Shown in pieces: positions 1 through 11,147 of a stretch of 64,000 nt of DNA. Location of the stretch: the NCBI GenBank assembly GCA_013265495.1, contig MU058233.1:781038-845037 (forward strand). The letters are read 5' to 3'. Numbering within the stretch: position 1 is the stretch's first letter; each line of letters starts with the position of its first letter. Made by a program: the position numbers and the translations under genes. The notes under the pieces were generated by a model that was given only the letters and a program-made list of their open reading frames with translations, was not told where the DNA came from and searched no databases. This DNA comes from Vicugna vicugna. Its lineage: Eukaryota.

Positions 1-12
1 TGTCATATTTAC

Positions 13-78
13 CTGTGATCCTGTCATAGGTAAACAAGGGAGTCACGTGGGGGCGGGGCCTTTCCAGCCAGCTGTTTC
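13..78 (-). other. Candidate 66-nt exon of the minus-strand gene, ending in ATG ACA GGA TCA CAG (MTGSQ, 27..13)
   Basis: Minus strand reads ctctcttgtgttctag|GAAACAG...ATGACAGGATCACAG|gtaaat. A five-codon phase-0 ending is typical of KRAB start exons, but it could equally be a 5' UTR exon with an upstream ATG. Confidence 0.45.
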
Positions 79-699
79 CTAGAACACAAGAGAGTAGATT
101 TCTTATCCTCCCTCAGGGCTCAAGCCAAACCCAACACTGTCAGAACCACCGGGTTTTCCTGCCAATGAAATCCTTGGTCTAACCAATCTGAGCCCTCTAA
201 ATGCCCCCCAAACAGACCCCCCGCCCTCGGGGCCTTATCATTCATCCCCACAAGCCCAGTCACCCACCCCAAGGGACCCAAATCACTACTCACAGTCAGT
301 TACTCCTATAAACCCTCAACCTATATTCCCAGTGCTCACCCTCACCCCAGGGCTTCCCCACTCAGTTCAGCGGGCAGCTCCCTCACTCCCAATGCCTGCT
401 GCCTGGACCCCTGAGCTACCGCGCCGAAAATCTATGGAGTCCCCCCAAAAGCCCCTCCCAGAGACCCCCATAACCCAGTTAATTCCCCCCACTGGCTTCA
501 CAACCACTCACCTCTCCCAAAGCCCAAATTACTGATTTTCATAGACGTTTATCTTGACATCAAGTGTCTCCAAATTAATTAGCTCCACAGTATCCCTTCA
601 CACCCGTCACACTCACACAGTATCCCCCTCCTCACCCATCACCACGGGAGGCCCTGCCACCGACCCCTAAAACCTCCCTCCTGACTCCCACGTTCATTG

Positions 700-1250
700 C
701 CAATCACACGCATCCCTACAGGCGCCCCTGCCCTCCAGGCACGGCCCCCCACGACCCCGCTNNNNNNNNNNNNNNNNNNNNNNNNNNCCCACCCCCGACC
801 TGGACCGGGATCGGCGCCTGCGCGGCAGGGCCGTCCTTCTGCACCTTGCCCGCACCCGCCCCGGAGCTGGTTCGTTCCCACGCCGGCGTCGCGGTCGGCC
901 AGTCCGCGCGGGGGTCACTGTGGGCCCCCGTCGGACGCAAAGGCCACCCCCGGCCCGCAGCCTCGAGTCCCGCTCCCCACCCCACACACGCTTACCCCTC
1001 AGGCCACAGCGCGAAGGAGGACAAGGCCAGGCCGCGGAAGTGTACGCGAAGAACTACATTTCCCAGAGCCCTACTCGCTTTAAAACTATATTTCCCAGAG
1101 GGCTCTGCGGCGTGCCTCCCAGGATTGATAGGTGTGCGGTGTGCGGTGTGCGGTTGCAAAGCCCTCTGCGAGGATTTGGGGGCGCCAGGTGGTGTGTAGC
1201 CTGCCCTGCCTGCTCAAAGTACGTTCACCTTTCCGTTTTTGATCGCAGAG
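700..1250 (-). promoter_or_regulatory. ZNF605: CpG-island promoter and exon 1 of a minus-strand KRAB-ZNF gene (probably ZNF605)
   Basis: CpG-rich. Minus-strand donor gaggg|gtaagc at 996/995, ETS core CGGAAGT at 1035-1041, two SBS motifs at 1053-1068 and 1085-1100. Name comes only from recalled human gene order ZNF605(-), ZNF26, ZNF84, ZNF140. Confidence 0.55.
762..787. other. Assembly gap (26 N)
   Basis: Run of N inside GC-rich sequence. Confidence 0.99.
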
Positions 1251-1818
1251 CAAAGTAATTTATAAATTCAAAGTGAGTAATGTAGGTAAGTGTTAGTGCC
1301 TCCAGTCTAACACTAAGTACATCCATCCAAAAAGAATGAAAATAAATGAATTGAGGGATTGAGGGAGAAGTTAAATGTAATTAGGTAAAGAGAGGAAGTT
1401 AATGGATATAAAAATAGAAACTGAGGAATTAAACGAGAAAAAACTGACTTGAATCCATTTTTTAAATAAAATATGAAATCATACCACAGGTTTTTATTAA
1501 AAAGCAGAGAAACAGCACAATTGGCAATGAAAAAAGAGAATTGGCCGTAAAATACAAATTTAAATATTTGTGAAAGAATATTTTGCTCAATTTTATGTAT
1601 TAATTCTATGCAGTATGTTAATAAAATTTCAATCTAATGAAGTACATGATTTAAAGGAATAATTGAGTAATTAACTTAGGAAAATAGTATCTTTTTAGAC
1701 CTACAGCGATTGTTAACAATGTTTTTAGCTACAAGCTCATATGTTTTAATTGGTGAATCCTCATTATCAAAGAATATAATCCTTAACAAACAATTGCCAG
1801 AAAAATCTAGGCAGACTC

Positions 1819-1908
1819 TTTTTTTTTTTAAATGGAGGTACCAAGGACTGAACGCAGGACCTCATGCATGCTAAACATGTGCTCTACCACTAACCTATAC
1901 TCACCCCC
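1819..1908 (-). mobile_element. Vic-1-type tRNA-derived SINE
   Basis: Reverse complement resembles GGGGAGGGTATAGCTCAGTGGTAGAGC...GGTTCAATCCCCAGTACCTCCA plus A tail; imperfect flanking repeat tag(g/a)caga. Confidence 0.85.
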
Positions 1909-2468
1909 TTAGACAGAACACTTTTCTTAACATAAAGGTAGCAAAATAGTTATACCATAACCAGACAAAGGTAAATTTAAAAAAACTCTAAAGTTGTCTC
2001 AGTTATATTTATGTGAAAATTCTGAAAAAAAAATAAGTGGAATCAAGCAATACATTTGAAAGTATATACCATAACCAAATAAAAGTCATTGCAAGGCTTT
2101 ATAAACTAACATAATTCACTGTATCAGTAGATTAAGGGGAAAACACGCATCATCATCTCATTAAATACTGAAAAAAATCATTAAATAAATTCAACCTAGA
2201 GTGTCTGTTTTTAAAAAATCCCACATACAGAAGCGTTGAGAAACTACTGCTTCACCGTGTAAAAATAAATGTCTCTTTTAAGTGGATAACAGTACAAGAA
2301 GTGTTACCATTAGAAATCATAAAACAATCACCAATATTGTTTGCTTAAATTGAGAATATTTTAAAAATACACAAAAGTATAGAGAATGATATCATAAAGA
2401 GTCAAATGATCACATATTCATATTTGGTGATATTTGATTCAGAGCCTTCTTTTTAACTGTTTTATGTC

Positions 2469-2604
2469 TTTTTTTTTTCCTGAGGGGGAGATGTAGTTTG
2501 TTTGTTTGTTTATTTATTTATTTATTAATGGAGGATCTGGGGATTGAACTCAGACCTCATGCATGCTAAGCACACACTCTACTACTGAGCTATACCCTCC
2601 CCCC
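2469..2604 (-). mobile_element. Vic-1-type SINE
   Basis: Same tRNA-like head with (TAAA)n tail. Confidence 0.85.
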
Positions 2605-2830
2605 ATCTACTTTATATATAGTAGTTTATCTGCTAATCCCAAACTCCTGATTTATCCCTCCTCCCACCCTTTCTCTTTGGTAACCATAAGTTTGTTTTTT
2701 ATCTCTGAGTCTGTTTCTGTTTTGTAAATAAATTCATTTTTAACTTTTTTTTAGATTCTACATGTGAGTGACATGATGTGATATTTGTCTTTGTCTGATT
2801 TATTTCACCTAGTATGATCATCCCTAGGTC
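2605..2830 (-). mobile_element. L1 3' region fragment
   Basis: Matches the other L1 3' copies in the window (ttagattc(c/t)acat.tgagtga.at.at motif). Confidence 0.75.
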
Positions 2831-3009
2831 CTGGTGCTAATTGTGATAAATCAATCGATCATCTAAGTTGGATCAACTACTTAGTGCCTTTTTAAATGGC
2901 ACAGAAGGTTTTGTTTTTTAAGTAGGAAATTTAATTAATACCCCTATAACTGATTCTTCAAACTCTTCAGAATGGGCATAGGACCTGTTCTCTTGGCTTA
3001 ATTTGGTTA

Positions 3010-3323
3010 AAGCTGACTCTTGGCTTAGAAGTCTCTGATGTGTAATGAAGTCTTCACAGTGTCTGAAGGGTTTATCACACGTTATATTTCACAGGGTCTT
3101 TCTTCAGTATGAATTCTCTGATGCTTGAGCAATAACTAAAACTCTTCGCATATTACTTATTGTTAGGACCTTTTATCTAGTATAAGTATGCTGATATTCA
3201 ATAAGGAGTAAGTAACATTTAAAGACTACCACATTCATTGTATTTATTTATTTATTTATTTATGTACTTATTGAAACATAGTCAGTTACAATGTGTCAAT
3301 TTCTGGGGTACAGCTTGTCCCAG

Positions 3324-3357
<34 letters not shown>

Positions 3358-3765
3358 TTTCATTCATTGCATTCAGAGAGACTTTCTGCACTATAAATTA
3401 TAGGATGTTGAGTAACATTTGCTCTGTACATGAGGGAATTATCTTCAAAGAGTTTGATTCCAGCATGTATTTTCTGGTGTTGGGCTAGAGTTGTGTTAGA
3501 GCTAAGATATTTTTCACCCTTAGATGTTTGTAAAGTTTCTCTCCAGTAAGAATTCTCAGATATAGGTGAAGGTTTGTGTGTTGGCTGAAAGAAGAGATTC
3601 CTTGCTAGGTCCTGATACTGTCTTCTGATTTCCCTTCTGTTTCATGTACTAGCCTTTACATTCCTAATTCTCTCTGAAACTGGAACACTTAAGACCATGG
3701 CTTAAAATTGTTTCATCATTTTGTGTTGGGATGAGTTATCTTCGCAGATATCCTAGACTTCCGAT
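3010..3765 (-). pseudogene. Decayed C2H2 zinc-finger exon (fossil KRAB-ZNF last exon)
   Basis: Minus-strand acceptor ttttcctttcattttcag|ATCGGAAGTCTAGG at 3766/3765. Remnant motifs LRILTGEKLYK (3559-3527), QHQKIHAGIKLFE (3482-3444), ECNEC, HQRIHTEERP (3123-3094), CDKPF...FITHQR, with stops and frameshifts. Confidence 0.75.
3241..3360 (-). mobile_element. Short L1 3' end with (CA)n, inserted in the fossil ZNF exon
   Basis: TSD cattcattg at 3232-3240 and 3361-3369; (TTTA)n tail. Confidence 0.8.
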
Positions 3766-3996
3766 CTGAAAATGAAAGGAAAAAAAAAAACTCCTACTTT
3801 GATTTCATATTTTAGAAGTAAGGAGACTTCTGTACTAAAAGTGGGATCACTGAACTTCAGATAATACCAATGAGACATGAATGGCACAAGCAGCTCTTGA
3901 CTGTGGATTTGCAATCTCAAAATTGGATAAGAGCACTGAAAATTAAGAGATTTTTGTTTAGCAAAGTGAGAAAGGATATTAGAGAAAGAGGTTAAT

Positions 3997-4143
3997 CAGT
4001 GCTTCTCACGCTTTGGCAAGCATCATATTCATGTAGCAAGTTTATTTAAAATGCAAATATCCAAGTTTCATCCTCTGAGTAAAGAACACATGTTTTTACT
4101 GAGTTAGGTGATTCCAACAAATCCTAAGCTTTGGAAACCACTG
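3997..4143. mobile_element. MER5-like hAT/Charlie non-autonomous DNA transposon
   Basis: Terminal inverted repeats CAGTGCTTCTCA...TGGAAACCACTG and internal taaaatgcaaat motif. Confidence 0.6.
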
Positions 4144-4874
4144 GACACAATCAAGGGAAATGAAAATATAGGAAAGTATTGTGAGGTTAAGGAATTGGAG
4201 AAGCCAGTTTAGAATCATACTCTTTATTGTGTATCTGCAGTCATACAACAAGCGGTAAACTCTCTCCCACTAATCTCCCCAACCTCCAAAACATTCTGTA
4301 TCTGTTTTAAGACTTATCTTTGTTAAGTATCAATTTATATTGCTGGTGCTAACCAAAAACCTTCAAGGGCTTCCAATACCACTGCCCTGCAACTAAACAT
4401 TCTTTGTAATGACAAGAATTGCACTGTGATTGTAGGTAACATTTACCGACCACTTTTATTTAAACCCAGTGCCACAAGCTATTTACTAGTAGATCAAAAA
4501 TCCAAACCTAGGTGGTCTAAATACAAAGTTGTGACTCAGAAAAGAAAAATGCAATACAGGCCTATTCACCGAAGAATTTGTGTGGAATTTCAAGCTCAAC
4601 TTTTCTGAATGAAAAATAACGAGAAATTTTTCTAGCTGAAAAAAATTTAGGTGACTCCAACTCTACATAACTCATCGAAATCTGGAAATCATTATTGGTA
4701 TAAATATTACTTTTCACACAAATCGAATGAATCTCCTCATTAAGTATAGGTACTGACTCTACCCAGGGTCTATCTCCCAGTAGTTTTTCCCAGTTCTGTT
4801 TAGAAACTGACTTCATAACAATAGGCTGATTTTCTTGCAAAATCTTTAAAATGCTCACGGGCAGTCTTATCTGA

Positions 4875-5750
4875 GTGGTTTACTGCCCTGGGTGCGTCTT
4901 GGTACTCTGATATGCAACCTACAACCTCCTTCAGGACTGAGGCACTCACTCCTCCAGATACCAACTGTGGTGCTTTCTGAGGGGCCATAAATGAGTCCTT
5001 TTCAAGAAATTGCCCTCAGCTGGTAAAGGAAAAGCCGGGCTGGGCTAACAAGCTAACTCACAAATCTGAGTGTACCAAGCGTCGGATTACTGATTTGAGT
5101 TCTGCTGGGCTAACTCGTAAATCTAAGTTAATTAGTGCTGGTTTGCTGATACCCTATTCATTTTTTTTTTTTTTTTTTGCTAGCCAGCTGGATTTTCAAA
5201 GAGACATATCTGGCCTTGAAATGTTGATTTGCTGCCTCCCTGCCTCTACTTTTGTGATAATGATGCTGCTAAAGCTGTTCCATGCCTATTGGCTGAATAC
5301 CCCAAGCTTGTAGTTAACCCTATAAAAACTCATGCACACATCTTGGAGGTGCTCAGAGCTTCGGAGCAGAAGCCCCTCTGAGCCCGCTGGCGTAATAAAT
5401 CTGAGTACTCCAACCCTCTGAGTGGTGCTTGTTTCTCCACTGGCCTGTCATTTCCATAACAAGCTGAAGGAAGCTGCCTCACCTAAGATAAGTGTCCTTC
5501 TTGGGGACATCCTGTATCCAACAGCTGGTCAATATGGGGGTAAAAAGTCCTCACCCCTTTGCCTCAATTTTGGAAATCTCTGAAGGTTGAGCTTCAGAAA
5601 TTTTTGTGGGATTAGCTGAGGCTTCCTTTGACAATGGAACTCTGATCAAATTTTCCCTCCGTCCAGTCCTGTATCCCTCCTTCCCTCACAAACAACCGGC
5701 TTATCAATCTCCATTACAAAGTGTGTTTCTGGCAAAACTCAGCCTACTGC
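4875..5750 (+). mobile_element. Old LTR16-like (ERVL) solo LTR, split by a younger LTR
   Basis: ttcaggactgaggcactca...gaaattgccctcagctg resumes as aggaagctgcctc...ttgcctcaatt...tctgaagg after 5461; family from recalled consensus. Confidence 0.6.
5022..5461 (+). mobile_element. ERV1-class solo LTR
   Basis: 4-bp TSD agct; ends ...taaca; ATTGG 5288-5292, TATAAAA 5321-5327, AATAAA 5394-5399; U3 direct repeats ctgggctaac. Confidence 0.75.
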
Positions 5751-6609
5751 AGTATATGCTCCTTGTTCTGGCTGGCTTATAAATCTCTGTTAGAGAAACA
5801 AATTTGTCTCATCCTTTGCTGAGTCCCTTAGTATTAAAATCCTTGACTTACACAGTAGATTTCCATTCCCCTCCATCCCACCCACCCCAACAAAACACAG
5901 AAAGAGAATGGACGATCAGGAAAGCTGACACTGAGAAGAAACGATCATGAAAAAGACAATTTCAAAAATGAAGAAATAATTTTTCTAGGCATATTCCATG
6001 TAAATAAACTAACCCATTAACCATCAACTAACCAACTAACTGGCTGATGAGAATCTACTGTTTGCAAAAATCAGGAACAAAATACATAGGAGCCCTTACT
6101 TACTCGAACCTTCGAATTTAAGTAGAGAAAAAAAATAAAGGATATGCAAAGAGGGAGCAAAGAAGGATATGCCATGTGAGGGCCATGGGAATACTTTACA
6201 TGGTTCAAATGACAGGTCACACCACAGTTCATCAATATAGTGAGCTCAGAATTCACTGGCCTAGTCAAGAATTAATTTGGAGGCTTTGCAACTTGACTTG
6301 AGTGCTGAAAATGTGTTACAGTGCTTCTTCATGCTGTGGCTATCCCATGAGACAGAGTGCATTCATGTATTGGGGAGTCAGTAATTCCAGAACTAGAGGA
6401 ACTGAGAAATTTTATTTTTGCGTTTCCTACATCCATTACCTTTCTTCTGATAACTCGTCTCAATTTTCCTTTAGGAAACGATCCTCCTATGCCTAGGGTA
6501 TGTGGTTTCAGCAAAGCTTCAGACCATTAAGTGTTGGATGTATACAATGGGCCAATGGCTGGACCATTAGTCATGTGACTCCGGTTCAGGGATGGGCATT
6601 TTTTCTGGG

Positions 6610-7330
6610 GTTGATTTCTAATTTAATTCCACTGTTGTCAGAAAACATACTTTGGATGATTTCAATCCTTTCAAATTTATTGAGATTTATTTTGTGGTAC
6701 ACCATAGGACCTAGCCTGGAAAATGTTCCATGTGCATATAAAAATTATGCATATTTAACAATCTTTAGATACATCATTCTGTATATGTCAGTTACTTTGA
6801 GTGGATTCGTAGTGTTATTTCAGTCTTTCCTGTTCTTGCTAATTTTGTGGGGCTTTTTTTCTTTTATCCTTAGTATTTCCTCTCCTTTGCCTTCTTTAGG
6901 TTTACTTTGTTCTTTAGCTTTTTGAGAATTTAACTCCCTTTTTTTGTTTTGTTTTTACCGTTATAATTACTGAAGATTATGAAATTTCCTGTCATCACTG
7001 CTCTTCTCCCACAAATTCTTGTATAAGGTTGTCTCTGTGTCAGAGTTTTGTCTGTATCTCCCTATTTCATTCGATGCTTGTTGAATAGAAAGCTTTTAAA
7101 AAATTTTTTTCAGGCAGAAAGGCCATTTAAAATTATGCTCATGATCCATAGTTTTATTGCATTGTTAGGAGAGAGGACTGTTTGCTCTGTCTTGGACCGG
7201 GCAAACAGGAGCAGGTTCGTGTCTACTCTTACTGATGTGCTTATTTCTCTTTTCATCTACTGTGGTGTCTCCTTTACGAAGTTGGTAACTATTCTTAGGT
7301 GCGCTGATACTCAAAACTGCTTCATAAGCC
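6610..7330 (-). mobile_element. Old L1 ORF2 fragments
   Basis: Typical antisense L1 text (tttcaatcctttcaaatttattgagattt...gaaaatgttccatgtgca). Confidence 0.65.
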
Positions 7331-8400
7331 GGGGCACTGCCGCTCGGAGCCTCACAGCGTGTCCTTCTCTGCGGTGCCTTTTGGTCTGAATTCCACCTGG
7401 TTCGGCGAGAATACCCGAGCACGCCGGTCCCGCACCGAGGCCGGCTCTCCCCAGGGCCGCGTGGGCGTTGCGGGCGCGGGGTAGGCGACGAGGGGCGGGC
7501 GCCGGGTGGGGGCGGGGCGGACCGGGCCGCTTGCAGGGCCCGCCCGCCTTGCCCGCCAAGCCCCGCCCCACCCCCAGGCCCGCCTCCCCTGGACGCCCGG
7601 CCAGTGAGCCGGGGCCCGCCGCAGAGGGTTCTGGGAGGTGCAGTTGTCTTCCGGCCGGCTCGTCCGCCGTGACGTACTTCCGCGTGCGCCGCGCCGCTGC
7701 CGCAGTCAAGTACGCGCCTAAGGGGCTGTATCCGGCTGGGCGTCAGAGCCCAGGGGCGGGCCCGGGCAGTCCAGAGTTTCTGTCGCCGCGGGCCTGGCGG
7801 AGACGCGAAGTTGACCCGGCCCGGAACGTCCTGCGCCGACCAGGATCTCGGCCGGCCGAGCCACCCAGGTCGATCCAGGGCCTGGAGGGAGCCAGTCGGG
7901 TCTCGTCCGCTCCCGCGTCAGAGCCGCGGGCGGCACAGACTTACCGCTCCGATTCCCTGTCCAGGCCCAGAGGCCGCGTCCCTGCGAGGGACTCAACCCT
8001 GGACGCGCAGGTGTCTGGTGCCCGCGGACCCCCCCTCCGTGGGCCACGAAGTCCCTGCTGGGTGGACAGGGTGGGAGCAGCGAGGAGACCCTCCGAGTTC
8101 GGGTCTCTCCTCCGCAGCCTGCACGAAACGGCGCGGGATGGCCACCAGGTTCCGAACAGCTTCGTGTTGGGTAAGTAGGAACTTTCTCCCTTGTGACAGC
8201 TGTTGCGGCACTGAGGGTGGACATGTTCACCCCTTCATGGTTAACACCCAGGGCTTGAGCTCACGTGTCCCCCGCCGCCCCCTACTGCTCCCCGTCTCCG
8301 GATCTCCAGAAAGGTTCCCTGTCTCCTGGCCTGGTGTGTCCGGTGCCCTCTCCTCCGGCAGTTACACTGCTGTTTTGCCAGCCGCGGACCCTGAACTCTG
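7330..8400 (+). promoter_or_regulatory. ZNF26: CpG-island promoter of ZNF26
   Basis: CpG-rich, GC boxes at 7490-7520, SBS-like ttctgggaggtgcagt 7629-7644, ETS CTTCCGG 7648-7654, CRE-like GTGACGTA 7669-7676. Confidence 0.85.
8138..8170 (+). CDS. ZNF26: ZNF26 coding exon 1 (MATRFRTASCW)
   Basis: gggATGG Kozak context, 33 nt, strong donor TGG|gtaagt; matches recalled human N-terminus MATSFRTASCW. Confidence 0.9.
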
Positions 8401-9971
8401 AGGGTCCTTGTGAAGGAAATTATCCTCTATCATTTCGCCTTTTTCACACACACGTACTGAGTTGTCTTCATGTCCGGACCTTTAGGGCCTCATTAAGGAA
8501 ATTACCCTCCTTTTTGTTCATTCATTTGTTCAAATACCTATATACTGAGTATCTTTTTGTGTGCGGGACCCTGAGGCTGAGTTGGCAGTGCAGAGAAAAG
8601 AGGTACCTTTCTTGTTTTGGAGACACTGTAGTCTGGGGAGGAGGGTAGTCATTGGGCAGGACAGCAGGTGAATGGGTGGGGAGAGGAATTTGAGGGTGCA
8701 AAGCAGGAAGGAGCAGTTTTGTAAGAAGAGAGGACCAGTAGACCACCTGGACTATGGCAGGTGATTGATGGAGACTTCACAGTGAACGCTACATATCTGA
8801 GCTGTGGCACACACTGGCGATGTTCCCAGCCGGTATCCAGGGACAGAGTGTGGCTTTGTAGGTGTTAAATATGCAGTGCCTGTAGTTGAGTATGTAGCTC
8901 GGGTGGGACTTTTCAACTAAAATATACAGATTAAAGGCACCTATGTTAGTGGAAGCCCAGGGTGTGACAGACAGAGAGAGCCCTGAAAAGGACCAAGAAG
9001 ACTCAGGTCAGTGATTAGAATAGAACTGCAGTGAAAAAGGGCTGTGGTGCAAGAGGTGAGAGAAAGTTTGGAGAGTACTTTTTTCCCTGAAAATTTGAGA
9101 AAAGAGAACTTCCTAAAAGCCATGATATGAAATGCCTCAGAAGTATTTAATGAGACCAAAAAGTACCTCTTGGATTTCAGAAGATACAGGTCTTAAGCAG
9201 TTTTGTCTTTTTTTTAAATTGAAGTAGAGTTGATTTAAAATGTTGTGTTAGTTTCAGGTGTCCAGAGAGGTGGTTGCCGTATATGTATAATAATTTCAGA
9301 TTCTTTCTCAGGTTCTTTTCAGACCTTTTTTCAGATTCTTTTCCATTTTACATTATTACCAGGTATTGAATATAGTTCCCTGTGCTGTACAGTGGGTCCT
9401 TAGAGTTTAGGTCTTAAGCAGTTTTCCGGAGCAGAGAGAATGTTCAGGATGGTGCAGAGGGTAAAGGGGTGTTGCAAAGGGGAGTGCATGAGGCTGTGGA
9501 CAGCAAGATGTAAAGGGACAACTAGTAATAGTATAGAGGATCAAGTGTGACAGGAAAAGTTTGGGTGCCAGTGAGAAGGGGATTTCACTAGTGGCCTGAG
9601 TGGTAAAATTAACCTCAAAATCAGTGAACGTTTCATCTTTGAACAGTAACTGTCTAGAAAGTACAGTGAGAGAAAATATATTTGCAGTAGCACTACGAAA
9701 AGAAAGCAAGTGAACATAAGTATACAGGACCTAAATAAAGAAGACTTTACTGTTGATATAATAGGTATTACTAGGTACCACTGTTGGCTGCACCCTTGTG
9801 TGTATAAAGCTGTTAAAGTCTCATGGCCCCATGAGGCAGGTATGTCCCCATTCCACAGGTGAGGAAACTGGGGAGTCTCCCCATGATCCCAAACTAGTAA
9901 GGGAAACAAGGAGACAAGGATGGTGGAGGTAGGATTCCAACCCAGGCAGAGTGTCTTCCGAGTTTGTGCTC

Positions 9972-10050
9972 TTTTTTTTTTTTTTTAAGCTGAAGTATAG
10001 TCAGTCACAGTGTGTCAGTTTCTGGGGTACAGAATCGTTTCTCTGTCATG

Positions 10051-10088
<38 letters not shown>

Positions 10089-10217
10089 GATTTGTTTTCA
10101 TATTTTTCATTAAAGGTTATTATAAGATATTGAATATAATTCCCTGTGCTGTACAGAAGAAATTAGTTTTTTAATCTATTTTTATATATGGTGGTTAACA
10201 TTTGCAAATCTCCAACA
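9972..10217 (-). mobile_element. L1 3' end inserted into a MIR-like element
   Basis: TSD gagtttgtgctc at 9960-9971 and 10218-10229; T-run tail; internal (TA)n(CA)n; MIR core cccattccacaggtgaggaaactg at about 9848. Confidence 0.8.
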
Positions 10218-10984
10218 GAGTTTGTGCTCTTTTTTGCCTCTTAAGACACTAAAAGACTAGCAAATGTAAACAGTATTTCCTTGTTTTTGAGTGCACGTGT
10301 TTATCAAACATTTATTGACCATCATGCCAGGTAATTTTCTAAGACATGCAGGGGTGAACAAGATTGACAGGGTCTGTGACACCATGGAGGGTAGAGGAGA
10401 AGGGGAGACACGTCAGAGGAACAGCACAAAGTTGTGACTGTCACACACATGAAAGAGAGTGGCTGGGTGGCTGCCTTAGATTGGCAGCATTGTCTTGAGC
10501 CACTATTTCAGCAGAGTCTGGATGACAACTCGATGATCATGGGAAGATCAGGGCCGGGGAGGAGGAAGCATTCAGGCTATGGATGCAGCGAAGTCAGTGG
10601 CCTTAAGGTGAGAACCAGCAGGTGCCTTGTCTAGTGGAAAGAGGTCTTTGGCAGGACGCGGAGGGGAGTTCGATAGCAAGGACCTGATTGTGCAGGGCCC
10701 TTTAAGTGAGGCGAGAAAGCCCTAGGAGTTGCCTATATTTTATGTTTTATTTTGAAATAATTTCCAAACTAGAGAAGTTGCAAGAATAGTAACAAAAAAT
10801 AAAATAACCCCCCCAAAAAACTGTATTGTATTAAAAAAAAAAACCTTCCCCCAGATTCCACAGTTGTTAATATTACCACACTAGCTCTGTCATTCTCTCT
10901 TTACTCGTGCGTATGTGTATGTGTGTGTGTGCATGTGTTAGTGTAAAAGGAACAACCACAGAGACTGAAGTTCAATGTTACTTT

Positions 10985-11147
10985 TTAAAAAATTAGCATT
11001 CTGTTTTACTGAAATACATATAGTCAGTTTACAGTGCGTCAATTTCTGGTGTACAGTATAATGTTTCAGTCACACATGTACATACATATATTCGTTTTCA
11101 TATTCTTTTTAATCACAGGTTACTACAAGATATTGAATATAGTTCCC
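10985..11147 (-). mobile_element. L1 3' end
   Basis: Same 3' consensus; flanking repeat caatgtta(c/t)ttt. Confidence 0.7.

Noticed and set aside
639..1258. Overlapping Pro/Arg/Gly-rich ORFs in the first CpG island
   Set aside because: Stop-poor GC-rich DNA; no domain; some span the N gap.
6090..6480. Possible KRAB exons of the fossil gene (minus-strand donors near 6100 and 6440)
   Set aside because: No KRAB-like translation or 127/96-nt exon could be built.
7311..8401. ORFs of 130-236 aa in the ZNF26 CpG island
   Set aside because: GC artefacts; only the 11 codons at 8138-8170 are supported by splice signals.
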